Source of the DNA: Octopus vulgaris
Taxonomy: Eukaryota
NCBI GenBank assembly: GCA_951406725.2
Contig: OX597822.1
Coordinates: forward strand, 103,292,001 to 103,356,000
DNA length: 64,000 nucleotides
Direction: 5' to 3'
Shown: one piece after another, positions 13,693-26,364 of the stretch
How the letters are laid out: each line of letters starts with the position of its first letter
How positions within the stretch are numbered: the first letter of the stretch is position 1
The notes under the pieces: model-generated
What the model was told of the DNA's origin: nothing
The model's database searches: none
Seen by the model: the letters and a program-made list of their open reading frames with translations, nothing else
Position numbers and translations under genes: made by a program

Positions 13693-13939
13693 TGTACATG
13701 TAATGTATGTATGTATGAATGTTCACTTCTATTTGAATTCCTCCTCTGAATAGCTGGTTGTAAACAAAGCTAATAAAAACAATGTCACTTGTTGAATTTG
13801 AGAGAAATCTTGAATTATTTTTTATGTTGCGCTCATAGATTGAATTCATGACGTGCTTGTTTACCGTTTGTTTCTCTTTCTGAAAACCTTAGCCTTTGTT
13901 TTCAGATTATCACTAAAGTATTTGCGAAAGAAAAAAAAG

Positions 13940-14200
13940 AAAAAAAAAAAAGAATAAATGCAACAATTATCATTGGTATAACTATAAACATACAGAATCT
14001 GAAGGTTTCGAAGTAGTCGTCCATAGTTAACCTTTTATTCATTGATTTTTCAAAGAGATATTCATATCAGTAGGGCAGCTGACCTCTATGACTATACGTG
14101 CGCTATCTTGTTTGTCCTAAACAACAATATCCCCCCTGTTATGTTTACATTCGGTTGAAGTTTCCATAGTAATGTCTTACCAATGTTCATTATAAAGGAA
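13940..14200 (-). mobile_element. R4-like LINE endonuclease fragment (degenerate)
   Basis: NRGDIVV...VIEVSCPTDMNI. Nucleotide similarity to 22000-22150. Confidence 0.6.
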
Positions 14201-14244
14201 TTCTTTATACTTATGTATATGTACGTATGTATGTATGTATGTAT

Positions 14245-14430
14245 GTAGGGAGAGTTTACGAAAAAAACAAAAGACGAAGACAGGTGGTGTACAAAACAAA
14301 CAGATGTATTAGTATAACGCTCGGGAATTGAAAAAAGTCTTTTACGTTTCGAACCTACGCTCTTCTACAGAAAGGAACACTGAAAGAAACAAGGAGAGAA
14401 AAAATGTGTGTAGTGACTAACGATCTATCA
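14245..14430 (-). mobile_element. PLE pseudo-LTR family P1
   Basis: Reverse complement of 5262-5445 including the hammerhead-like motif. Confidence 0.8.
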
Positions 14431-14436
14431 TGTATG

Positions 14437-14500
<64 letters not shown>

Positions 14501-14806
14501 CGTGTGTATGTGTGTGCGTGAGTATTCCGTTTTTTTTTTTTACGTTAGAGGTATTGACTTTTCTAGCCGGATTCCATTCCTGACGATAATTTTTACGGGG
14601 ATTTTCCATGTAAGAGATAATTTATTTTACACTGATTCGAAGGCACGGGGCGCCCGGAAAAACCTTTAGACAAGAAACTGACTACATCATCGTCCATCGC
14701 ACTTTTTAAAATCGATTATAGATCTAAACAAACACAAGCACACATGCACACATACACATGTATGTATGTCTTATGAATGTATGTATCTATCTCTCCTCCA
14801 TCATCT

Positions 14807-14870
<64 letters not shown>

Positions 14871-14872
<2 letters not shown>

Positions 14873-15263
14873 TCTTTTACTCTTTTACTTGTTTCAGTCA
14901 TTTGACTGTGGCCATGCTGGAGTACCGCCTTTAGTCGAGCAAATCGATCCCAGGACTTATTTTTTGTAAGCCTAGTACTTATTCTATCGGTCTCTTTTTT
15001 TTGCCGAACCGCTAAGTTACAGAGACGTAAGCACACCAGCATCAGTTGTCAAGCGATGTTGGGGTGGGTGGGTCGGTGGACAAACACAAACACACACACA
15101 TACATATATACGACGGCCTTCTTTCAGTTTCCGTCTATCAAATCCACTCACAAGGCTTTGGTCGACCCGGGACTATAGTAGAAGACATTTGCTCAAGGTG
15201 CCACGCAGTGGGACTGAACCCGAAACCATGTGGTTGGTAAGCAAGCTACTTACCACACAGCCA
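14871..15263 (-). mobile_element. SINE family B
   Basis: Homology to other B copies. Confidence 0.9.
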
Positions 15264-15436
15264 CAAGAAAAACGATGGCTGTTATGAACTTCATTAGCTT
15301 ACAGCTGTTTGTGCTGTATGAGGCAGTGGACTCATAGCTGAGTGCCTGAATAACAACCTTTTACTTCATCGGAGCCTTGAGTATGAAGTGCACATTATTT
15401 GGGAAAAGAATTACATTTATGTATATGTGTGAGTAA

Positions 15437-15467
<31 letters not shown>

Positions 15468-15689
15468 TGTATGTATGTATGTATGTATGTATGTATGTAT
15501 GTATTTATGTATGTATGTATGTATGTATTTATGTATGTATGTATGTATGTATGTATGTATGTATGTATGTATGTATGTATGTATGTATGTATGTATGTAT
15601 GTATGTATGTATCTATCTATCTTTCTGTCTATAAGTACACATATGAAAGAAAACCACTCAACACCACTGGTTTTGACTGCCATGTATTT

Positions 15690-16235
15690 AGCAACAGTTT
15701 GACCGAACTCCATATAGCTTGGTGTGTTCATCTCATTAGATGTTCGGAGGCACCGAACATCTACTGAAACGGGCGTGTATATTCAAGAACCTTACATAGC
15801 AATGACAAGTACATGTTTTGCAAACAACTTGCACATGCAAGTGCTACCACCCGAAAGCTCCCCATACCGGAATCCAGCAAGTGTATGGGGTCATCAGGAG
15901 AAAATGCGCGCCGTTTCGGGGCCTACCTCTCGACGGCATCATTGCGCACCTCACTAATATGAGGCCCTGCTTGCTCGATCAACTGGTTGTCAAATAAAGC
16001 CCAATACTCTTCTAGCCATCGCTCATTGTCTCTTTTTAACCAAATCCAGTCGCTAGCCTTTTCCACGGTCGTTTGGATATCGTTCATTGTGGTATTTACT
16101 TTATGATGAGTCAGGCCTAACGACAAAGGCAATCGCCTCACACTGTGTCCAACAAATCCTCTACATCCGACTTCGATTGGAAAATGCTCCGCTTTCCAGC
16201 CTGCGTCTACACATTCCTCGAGGAGGTTTACATAA
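15690..16235 (-). mobile_element. HERO/NeSL-type REL non-LTR retrotransposon 3' end
   Basis: GWKAEHFPIEVGCRGFVGHSVRR...VEKASDWIWLKR, typical of the C-terminus of HERO-clade ORFs. Confidence 0.8.
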
Positions 16236-16309
16236 CGGTCAAACTTAGCGGTTCGGCAAAAGAGACCAATAGAATAAGTACTAGGTCAATCTTTCGAGCC
16301 CGTTACTGG

Positions 16310-16466
16310 ACGCAGCGTTACTCATTGTTGCCAGCTGAATGGACTGGAGCAACGTGAAATGAAGTGTTTTGCTCAAGAACACAACATGTCACTCGGTCCA
16401 GGAATCGAAACCACGATCTTACGATCATGGTGCTGACACTCTAACCACTAAGCCACGCGCCTCCAC
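16310..16466 (-). mobile_element. SINE family D-related 5' portion
   Basis: tRNA-like head GTGGAGGCGCGTGGCTTAGTGGTTAGAG...GGTTTCGATTCC plus TTCACGTTGCTCCAGTCCATTCAGCTG. Confidence 0.75.
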
Positions 16467-17072
16467 GTAGTCTTACATGTTATAATTTATTTCTGACAGC
16501 CAGCTCTAACTATTACTGCTAAATGTCCTGTATTATATGAATTCTCCTAATTAAAAAGATTTCAATATTTCCCATTTGAATTAATTAGAAATACTTAAGC
16601 TGCATTTCGGTTTGCATATCCAAGTAATTTCCACACCACACCGTCCAAAATATTGTAGTAATCACCATCAGCATTCAAAACATTGTGGATTTCGCCAAAA
16701 GCCGGCCACGAGAGAAGTTGTTGGATATCAATTTTCAATGCCTGATGTTAATGCTATTCAACTATGATAAGAGACAGCAATAGCTTAAGGCTGACGACTA
16801 AGAACAGGTGACCTAGTTCCATGTGAATACAACAATGACCAGACACCACCCTCTCCATTTTTTCTTTTCTTTTTCTTTTCTTTCCTCCTTTTCCCCATCT
16901 TCATTTACTTTGGCAGTTAACGTATTGGACTCTGACGAAGATAGAAGTCCAACAGCTGTGTTCACTGTATTTTCACTGAATCATGAACACACTCAAAATG
17001 TATATCAGAAACAGCTGTATAAAGTCCATCTTTATGCCTTTTTCTGATACACACACACACACATACACACAA

Positions 17073-17119
<47 letters not shown>

Positions 17120-17394
17120 CATAATTTAAAAAGAGGATATATTCTTTATAAGAATTTATCAAGTAGTTAGCGTGAAAAATTTATTAATTATTCCCTTTAA
17201 ATATATTCAATATAATATATAATATATATAGTATAATATAAAATAATATAATATCACATAACCAATGTTTAGAGCATTTTTCCGATGGCCAGATAACAGA
17301 AGAGATAGCGGCGTGGATTTCCACGGCATCCGAAACTCGGAGTTTTATCATGGCTACCGAATAATTGTCACATATTAAATTTACAGATACATAC

Positions 17395-17598
17395 ATGTTT
17401 GTGTGTCTGCGTTTTTTCCCCCATCATTGCTTGACAACAGATTCTGGCGTATTTCCATTCCCGTAACTTAGCAGTTCGGCAAAAGTGACCGATAGAATAA
17501 GTATCAAGCTTACAAAGAATAACTCCTTGGGTCGATTTGCTTGACTAAAGGCGGTGCTGCAGCATGGCCGTAGTCAAATGACTGAAACAAATAAAAGA

Positions 17599-17600
<2 letters not shown>
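17395..17600 (+). mobile_element. SINE family B 3' half
   Basis: Conserved B tail. Confidence 0.85.
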
Positions 17601-17650
<50 letters not shown>

Positions 17651-17654
<4 letters not shown>

Positions 17655-17828
17655 GTGAAACAAGGTGGAAAAAAGAGTACTCAAATACCAGTGGTAGAGT
17701 AATATGCTTTATTTAAAGCAGCAGAAAATTCAACAAAAACTGCTACTCTGAGTTTCCCGTTTCCGTTCGTCGGACAGTTTTTGCTCAGAGTAACAGGTTT
17801 GGTTGAATTTTCTGCTGCTTTAAATAAA

Positions 17829-17916
<88 letters not shown>

Positions 17917-18120
17917 TACGGAGTTGTACTTGCATAGCAAATGACCTGATCTGAGATCGTGGGCTGGAACGAAAACAATTGCAGCGTGGAAGGTGTTTAT
18001 ACGCCATTTTAAAAACCACACAAAACCGTTAGATTCACTTCAACATTTAAATTTAATTTGTCAAAATATTTTCATCGATTTGAGAGCGCGACCTGTTCAC
18101 AGACAAAATTCCGTGCTGCA
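17651..18120. mobile_element. PLE pseudo-LTR fragments in (TA)n
   Basis: 17651-17832 is an inverted-arm structure like 4351-4525. 17915-18120 carries a degenerate CTGTGA...GAAA motif on the minus strand. Confidence 0.5.
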
Positions 18121-18241
18121 TCTATATGTATACATATATACACATATATACATGCATGCATGCACACATAAATAGTACACACATATATATATACATACAT
18201 GCAGGCATGCATGCATACAAAACACATATATAGATAGATAG

Positions 18242-18790
18242 ATTTCTCGGCCTTTTCAAGCCTAACCAGGCTCATGGGCCCGGTTTCCCGGTTTCTGTGG
18301 CGTATGTGTTTCCCCCGAGCTGGACGGGACGCCAGTCCATTGCAGCGTTACTCAAGAAACAGGAAGAGAGAGAGAGAGTGAGAGAAAGTTGTGGCGAAAG
18401 AGTACAACAGGGGTTGCCACCCCGCCTGCCGGAGTCTCGAGGAGCTTTTAGGTTACGACGACGAGGGTTCCGGTTGATCCGATCAACGGAACAGCCTGCT
18501 CGTGAAATTAACGTGTAAGTGGCTGAGCACTCCACAGACACGTTCTCGGGGATATTCAGCGTGACACAGAGAGTGACAAGGCCGGCCCTTTGATATACAG
18601 GTACAACAGAAACAGGAAGTAAGAGTAAGTTGTGGTGAAAGAGTACAGCAGGGATCACCACAACCCACTACCGGAGCCTCGTGGAGCTTTAGGTGTTTTC
18701 GCTCAATAAACACTCACAACACCCGGTCTGGGAATCGAACCCGCGATACTCTAACCGCGAGTCCGCTGCCCTAACCACTGGGCCATTGCG
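18242..18790 (-). mobile_element. Chimeric SINE: C head + C2 tail fused to C body + V-domain-like tail (C3)
   Basis: Junction GTAACC|TAAAAGCTCC near 18450. CTGCAATGGACTGGCGTCCCGTCCAG resembles the V-SINE domain. Confidence 0.75.
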
Positions 18791-19242
18791 GCCGAGGCAC
18801 ATGCATATATACATACATAACACTTGTATGGTGCGATATATAGCTCACGTCACATAACCAATTTTTAGAGCTCAATATTCTGCTTCAGAGTTCTGAAAGA
18901 TCCGTCCATGAAGAGAAGTTGAATTTATTTCCCAAAATTCCTGCTGTAGTTCTCCATCGACCCAAAGAATACCAAGAAGCTGTCTTAGTCATTCTTTCCC
19001 GTTTAACAACTTAAAAAAAAAATAAATGAATATAAATAAAAACATCTACGATGGTCCCGTATTATTCACAGCAAATGATATTACATTATGGAAATAGTAT
19101 TTAAAAACCAATAGTCTATCTATAGTCTAAATATATTTCATAATCGTTTTCTACAACTGTGCGATGAATTAGTTTACCATCGTCACTGACAGAAGAGACA
19201 CACGAACATATGCGCACGCCTGTGTGTATATGCGTATGTATG

Positions 19243-19276
<34 letters not shown>

Positions 19277-19320
19277 TGTATATATGTATGTATATATATA
19301 ATGTATATATATATATAATG

Positions 19321-19363
<43 letters not shown>

Positions 19364-19535
19364 CATATATATATAATGCATATATATATATACATATATA
19401 TATAATGCATATATATATAATGTATATATAATGTATATATATATATATATATATATATACATACATTAATATATATATGTATCATATATATAAATATATA
19501 CTATATATATATATATACATACATTAATATAAATG

Positions 19536-19598
<63 letters not shown>

Positions 19599-20433
19599 AC
19601 AAATACATGTGTGTGTGTGCATGCGTTAGTGTGTATGAACTATATGTATGTGTGTGTATATATATATATATAAATATATGTACATATATGTAATATATAA
19701 CTACGCACACACACACACACACACTCAAACACGCAAACACTCAAACGCTCACACACTCACACATATATACAGGCAGCCATGCAGCTATGCACACATATTC
19801 ACATATTTATATCCGCATGCACACATACCACACACATGATATATGCTTGCATGCGCGGACACACACACACACAAGTACACACATATACATACAAACACGT
19901 TAAAAAACACATATCCACCTAGAAACTGTAATTGAAAATGTAAACTTATCATGAGAAACCTGCAAACTGCAGAACTTTCTGAATGGTTTCCTCCCACCCA
20001 ATGAAAAAGTGCCTTGGATTCTTTTTAGTAGCGCGGTTCACCTGTTGATGAACCATGCCTCAGGTGACCAGCTTCTTGAAAAAGACTGCCTACGAACCAA
20101 GATAGATATGCATCCTAAATTTACACGTTCGCCTTCAATTTACACGCATATTCATCTTAAAGCGCTCTGATAAAGAGCTATATGCGTCTACTGTCGATAT
20201 TCGCTCCTTGTAACTTCTGAAGCCTGTTACTATTCTTGAATGCTGACATATTTTTCGTATAGTTTATTGAATGAGAATTTTATAAAACCTTATCTTCAAA
20301 GTCTCATATAGGCCTTTAATGATATATCCATATATGCATCATACATACACGCATCCATTCGTACATGTATACATACATACTCACGTACATGCATGCATAT
20401 GTACATGCACATATATGTATATACATATATATG

Positions 20434-20522
<89 letters not shown>

Positions 20523-20559
20523 TTATACATAAACACGTGTATACGCATATATATTTCCG

Positions 20560-20687
20560 CTTAAGCGTCTCTATTGAAGAGCGTAGGCTCGAAACGTCAA
20601 AAACATTTTCAATGTTCCAGAGCGTTAAAGTAATACCTGCTTAGTGTTCCTTCACCTGTCTTCGTCTCTTGTTTTTCTGTAAATCTG

Positions 20688-20690
<3 letters not shown>
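20560..20690 (+). mobile_element. PLE pseudo-LTR family P1 fragment
   Basis: CTATTGAAGAGCGTAGGCTCGAAACGTC. Confidence 0.7.
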
Positions 20691-20779
<89 letters not shown>

Positions 20780-20856
20780 GTGAGAACAAGTGAGTACGTA
20801 CGCCGATATATGTATATATAAAAATATAAAAAAATGGAACAAAAACGCATTTAAAT

Positions 20857-20922
20857 GTTCCCAGATGTCCTTACAGTTTCGGGCAAATGTAACTGCCCGA
20901 AACTGTAAGGACATCTGGGAAC
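20857..20922. repeat. Perfect 29-bp inverted repeat with 8-nt loop
   Basis: GTTCCCAGATGTCCTTACAGTTTCGGGCA-aatgtaac-TGCCCGAAACTGTAAGGACATCTGGGAAC. Confidence 0.9.
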
Positions 20923-21101
20923 TTGACTGAAGAAAGAAGGACACGACCTGTCCTTTTTTTCTCTGTCCTTCTAATTGTTGTTTTTCCTGTCCGCCTTTGT
21001 ATCGTCTATTTGTCCGAATGTTTTATTGTCCTCTATTGCGCTTTTGTCCCGTTTATAAATATGTATGTATATAAACACATTAAACATGTGTATGTGGATA
21101 T

Positions 21102-21396
21102 ATCACGTGATCACGTGACCGACCAGACAATCAGATGTTGTTACACATCGCTGGTCACAATGCGTTCGCATTCTTTTAGCCTTCGAACGACGTCATCCCG
21201 CTGGCTAAGCGAGCAGGCCAACAGAAGAAAGAGTGGTGAAAGAGTAGAACAGGGATCACCACCCCTTGCTGGAGCCTCGTGGAGCTTTTAGGTGTTTTCG
21301 TTCAATAAACACTCACAACACCCGGTCTGGGAATCGAAACCGCGATCCTGCAACCGCGAGTCCGCTGCCCTAACCACTGGGCCATTGCGCCTCCAC
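21102..21396 (-). mobile_element. SINE family C, tail C1
   Basis: Homology to other C1 copies. Confidence 0.9.
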
Positions 21397-21579
21397 ATGT
21401 GGATATATATCTGTATGTAATTAGACACACGCGTGCGCACACACACACACCCACCCATGTATATATATATATTATTCAACCCACGCAACTAATGCAGTAT
21501 CAAATTAAAATAGGCATTTATATACTTAATGTTTGTACATCGTTGAGAGGTAAGTGCACCAATCATTATTAGTATAAAT

Positions 21580-21970
21580 GTGGAGGCGCAATGGCCCAGT
21601 GGTTAGGGCAGCGGACTCGCGGTCGTAGGATCGCGGTTTCGATTCCCAGACCGGGCATTGTGAGTGTTTATTGAGCGAAAACACCTAAAGCTCCACGAGG
21701 CTCCGGCAGGGAGTGGTGGCGATCCCTGCTGTACTCTTTCACCACAACTTTCTCTCACTCTTACTTCCTGTTTCTGTCGTACCTGTATTTCAAAGGGCCG
21801 GCCTTGTCACTCTCTGTGTCACGCTGAATATCCCCGAGAACTACGTTAAGGGTACACGTGTCTGTGGAGTGCTCAGCCACTTACACGTTAATTTCACGAG
21901 CAGGTTGTTCCGTTGATTCGGATCAACCGGAACCCTCGTCGTCGCAACCGACGGAGTGCTTCCCCACCCC
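21580..21970 (+). mobile_element. SINE family C, tail C2, full length with TSD
   Basis: TSD ATTAGTATAAAT at 21568-21579 and 21972-21983. Near-identical to 31381-31768. Confidence 0.93.
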
Positions 21971-22151
21971 CATTAGTATAAATGTGTGTATATCATTTGA
22001 AGACAGAAGGTGGAAGTTTCGAATCGGCTTTCCGCAGTCATTTTCTCTCTCTTAGTTTTTCGAAAAGATATTCACATCACCAAGGCAGCTGACCTCTATG
22101 ACAGAGCACACTTTTTCTTGTCTGTTCAAAACAATTATACCCGGCCTGTTA

Positions 22152-22534
22152 TCTCTCTCTATATAAACGGCAGTTTGTCTGTGCGTGTTTCTGTGTGTCT
22201 GTTTGCTTGTACCCTCACCCTGACCACGGCTTTCAACCGATTCTGATGAAACTTGACACGCACATAGCCTAATGTCATAATTCAAAACTAACGCAGCGAA
22301 AATTTTGAAAAGTTCCCCCAGTTCTGAACAAAATCGATAAATTCGACATGGGGTCGAGAATCATAAACACAAACCACAAACTGTCTAGGGGACGCAACTC
22401 TACCTTTTTTAATTAAAAAAAAAAATTACCATCATTTTTTTCCATTTTTTTGCTATTTTTTGGCTATAACTCTCTAAAAATGCTTTATAGTTATTTCCCT
22501 TACAAACCTGAGCAACGCCGGGCGATACTGCTAG
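22152..22534 (+). mobile_element. Non-autonomous Helitron
   Basis: 5' TC, 3' hairpin CCTGAGCAACGCCGGG then CTAG. Inserted between A and T without TSD. A paralogous empty site CTGTTATGTT lies at about 14136. Confidence 0.85.
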
Positions 22535-22988
22535 TGTTAAATACTTGGGAGAATCTGTTGTGAGAACGTTCTACCTATAGACCTCCCTGGTGTTGATGTC
22601 CATGTATGTATTCAATAACAGGGGTTGTCTTCCTGTTTATTACAAGACAGTCTTTTTTCGGATAGCATTGTATATTGTTATTAAGCAACATCATAGTACC
22701 ACGATGCCAGTTTTGCGCTGCTGCTGATCACATATGATATCTTCCACAGAAACGTAATCTGATCTTCATTTTCGATTGCATCCTGGTTGTCCAAGAGCTT
22801 CCCTGTGCCTTTTGTTTTTTTTAGGCATTTTGTAGCATTCCTCTGTTCTTGCAAATGCACAACCTTCGAAGTGTAATGTAAGGCAGCGTTCACGTATCCA
22901 AGAGAGGCTGTATTTCATTTTGATTCTACTATCGTCTTCGGGAAACATACCATTGCATTTTTTTTTTTGCTTTGGTATATTGAACGTT

Positions 22989-23592
22989 AAGGCGGCGAGT
23001 TGGCAGAAACGTTAGCACGCCGGGTGAAATGCTTAGCAGTGTTTCGTTTGCCGCTACGTTCTGAGTTCAAATTCCGCCGAGGTCGACTTTGCCTTTCATC
23101 CTTTCGGGTTCGATTAAATAAGTACCAGTTATGTACTGGGGTCGATATAATCGACTTAATCCGTTTGTCTGTCCTTGCTTGTCCCCTCTGTGTTTAACCC
23201 CTTGTGGGTAGTAAAGAAATAGGTATTTCGTCTGCCGCTACGTTCTGAGTTCAAATTCCACCGAGATCGACTTTGCCTTTTATCCTTTCGGGGTCGATAA
23301 ATTAAGTACCAGTTACGCACTGGGGTCGATATAATCGACTTAATCCGTTTGTCTGTCCTTGCTTGTCTCCTCTGTGTTTAACCCCTTGTGGGTAGTAAAG
23401 AAATAGGTATTTCGTCTGCCGCTACGTTCTGAGTTCAAATTCCGCCGAGATCGACTTTGCCTTTCATCCTTTCGGGGTCGATAAATTAAGTACCAGTTAC
23501 GCACTGGGGTCGATATAATCGACTTAATCCGTTTGTCTGTCCTTGCTTGTCCCCTCTGTGTTTAGCTCCTTGTGGGTAGTAAAGAAATAAGA
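22989..23592 (+). mobile_element. SINE family A1 trimer (one head, three ~180-bp bodies)
   Basis: Repeated junction AAAGAAATAG|GTATTTCGTCTGCC at about 23222 and 23407. Confidence 0.92.
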
Positions 23593-24401
23593 TATTGTAG
23601 TGGAAATCGTCTGTAGGATGTTGCTCTCTTCGGTTTTCAGTTCTAAGTTTCTGTATCTATTTTTGCTGCTCTTGTTCAGCAAGTGTTGTCTTAGAAAGAC
23701 TGCACTGGTCTCTCCACATCCTTCATCACTTCTTAACTAGAGCCAGTCTATATCACTGTTTTTGTGAAAACGTCCAGTTGGTGTCTGAATCTTGTGGGTC
23801 TTAATGTCTTTGCAGCAGATTTCCTCTACAGACCAGTCAAGTTTCCCAAATGTGGGAATCAGTACTGTCATTGCATATGAACTGTGGAATATTTTCTTAT
23901 CATAAGAGAAGAGTTCGACCTATAATTTGTTTTAAGTCTCGTAAAATATTCTCGAGTCACTCTGTCTCTTTTCACAGCACCTTCCTATAAGTTTTCATCT
24001 ATGTTCAGATATTTGTAGTTTTCTTTGTGTGGGACAGTGGCGATAGAGAGACAATTGATGTACAGGTTTTGGGTTAAGAGGAGGGGTTCAACGTTCAACA
24101 ATAAAATACAAACGTTTCTCTAGGCCAAATTCCATTCCTATGTCAGCTGAAAATGTTGTTAACTCTAGTTGTTTTATTTTGGTATTTTTAACATTTTTCG
24201 TATAAATCTTGAGATCATTCGCAAACAAATTATGTTACATTAGTATCTCTAGCAGTTGGCAACCCTAGCATGAAACCAGTTGATTTTTTATAGCAGGAAT
24301 GATATTGGACTGAATTCTAAACTAAACAGAATTACAGAAAGGTTCCTTCGAGTTTCGTTTAGAAATATTTATACCATCAGAGATGATCGTTCTGCTTTTA
24401 G

Positions 24402-24754
24402 TTATGTATGTATGTATGTATGTATGTATGTATGTATGTATGTATGTATGTATGTATGTATGTATGTATGTATGTATGTATGTATGTATGTATGTATGTA
24501 TGTATGTATGTATGTATGCATGTATGTATGTATGTATGTATGTATGTATGTATGTATGTATGTATGTATGTATGTATGTATGCATGCATGCATGTATATA
24601 TGTATGTATGTGTGTGTGTATGTGTGTGTATGTATGTATGTATGTATGTATGTATGTATGCATGTATGTATGCATGTATGTATGTATGTATGTATGTATG
24701 TATGCATGCATGCATGTATGTATGTATATATGTATGTATGTATTCATGCATGTA

Positions 24755-24831
<77 letters not shown>

Positions 24832-24924
24832 GCCTGTCTGTCTACCTGTCTGTCTGTCTATCTGTCTGTCTGTCTCTCTCTGTCTGTCTCTCTCTCTCTG
24901 TCTGTCTGTCTGTCTCTGTCTGTC

Positions 24925-25018
<94 letters not shown>
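24402..25018. repeat. Compound microsatellite (TATG)n-(TATC)n-(TGTC)n-(TC)n-(TA)n
   Basis: Directly visible. Confidence 0.97.
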
Positions 25019-25023
<5 letters not shown>

Positions 25024-26364
25024 ATGAATTAATTTGTATGTATACATATAAATATATGTAAATTATTACATACAATTCTAAACATAGACGCGAACAAATT
25101 TTATGACTAATCACGTTGTCAAAATTAATTATTGATGTAAATACTTTTAATGAAGTCGAAACATTTGCGCGATTTCTTCCTCAAAACTACGAATCATAAA
25201 CAACAAATGTTTATCTCAACATATTAATTATGATCAAAAGGTTATTTACCATAAACATTCATACATGTAATGAATGTATTCTATAGTATATACACGTGTG
25301 TAAATAGTAAGTCGTATAAAGATGTACGTTGGTAATTCTTTGGTCATAATATGATGTTATTATATTTGTCATCTATGAATAATATTTTTGACAAGGAAAT
25401 TACTTTATGGCTGGTCTCCAGTAATATTAATTACATGAATAATTAATATCTAATTTGGTCATTAAAAAATCATTGGAACTAAATGCTGATAACATTTCTT
25501 CATGTCTGGGCTTATATTTGAATGTCGCGATTAACTGTAATTACTTAATCACAATTAACAATTATGAGATTGAGTGGTTAATAGTGAAACATGCATCCTT
25601 CTAGATTAACAGCCCCAAAAGTTGTGATCTCGGACTATCTGGGAAATAAAACATCATATTAAAATCTTAAAGAAAGGAATAGAATTGATGAATTCCTGAA
25701 GACAGTTCCATTACGTTTTACTGAAGAAATTCCAACTACACATTGGCTAAAATAGTTAATCTCCACATTTTGAAATGAATTTGCGATACTATAAAATATG
25801 GACAAATGAAAAAGGACTTTCTGCTACTCATTAAAATTATAATGCTTGTCATCTTCCTTGTTTTAGTGTTTCTTACATCTATGATACTGATGGCATGGAA
25901 ATTCCACATGTTTTTGCATGTGAAAAAGGTGTATATCACGTGTACTGCATATTTTGTAATTGAACAGGTGAATGTCGCACGTTTCCAAAGATCTTTTGCC
26001 AACTAATGAAATCGAGGTGATTTATCAAATCACATGCACACACGCACACACACATATACATACATGCATAATGCATATACATATAAATCTATATACATAC
26101 ATGCATATATATTTGCATATATTCATCTCTCTCTCAATACACACTCATACATATATATGTATACGCTCATACATATAAATGTATATATGTCGATGAGAAT
26201 AAATATTGGCATATATATTTTTAGATATTCATGCTATATGCTTGTATATATGTACACACACATACAGATATAAGATTACCATGCATTATGTAACTTATTA
26301 TATTAATGCACTTTGTTACCGATAGCCATATCTTTTGTTCTGTCCGTGATTTTTAAACGAATTA

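Larger units (their letters stand above)
21990..24370 (-). mobile_element. Degenerate R4-like LINE (RT + REL endonuclease) split by a Helitron and a SINE A trimer
   Basis: LFANDLKIY, FSADIGMEFGLEK, YKYL, VTREYFTRLK, LHFEGCAFA and HNRPGIIVLNRQEKVCSVIEVSC occur in collinear order. Confidence 0.75.

Noticed and set aside
18880-19010. Possible host exon on - (acceptor-like T-run + AG, VKRERMTK...DLSEL*)
   Set aside because: No recognisable protein and no linkable neighbouring exons. Similar candidates at 2139-2327, 3500-3710 and 19950-20170 are also unsupported.
21580-21655. tRNA gene candidates at SINE heads
   Set aside because: A/B boxes continue into SINE bodies, with TSDs in some copies and no proper acceptor stem; tRNA-derived SINEs rather than tRNA genes.
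22989-23592. CRISPR-like regularly spaced repeats
   Set aside because: Whole ~180-bp units repeat with no unique spacers or cas genes; eukaryotic SINE multimer.
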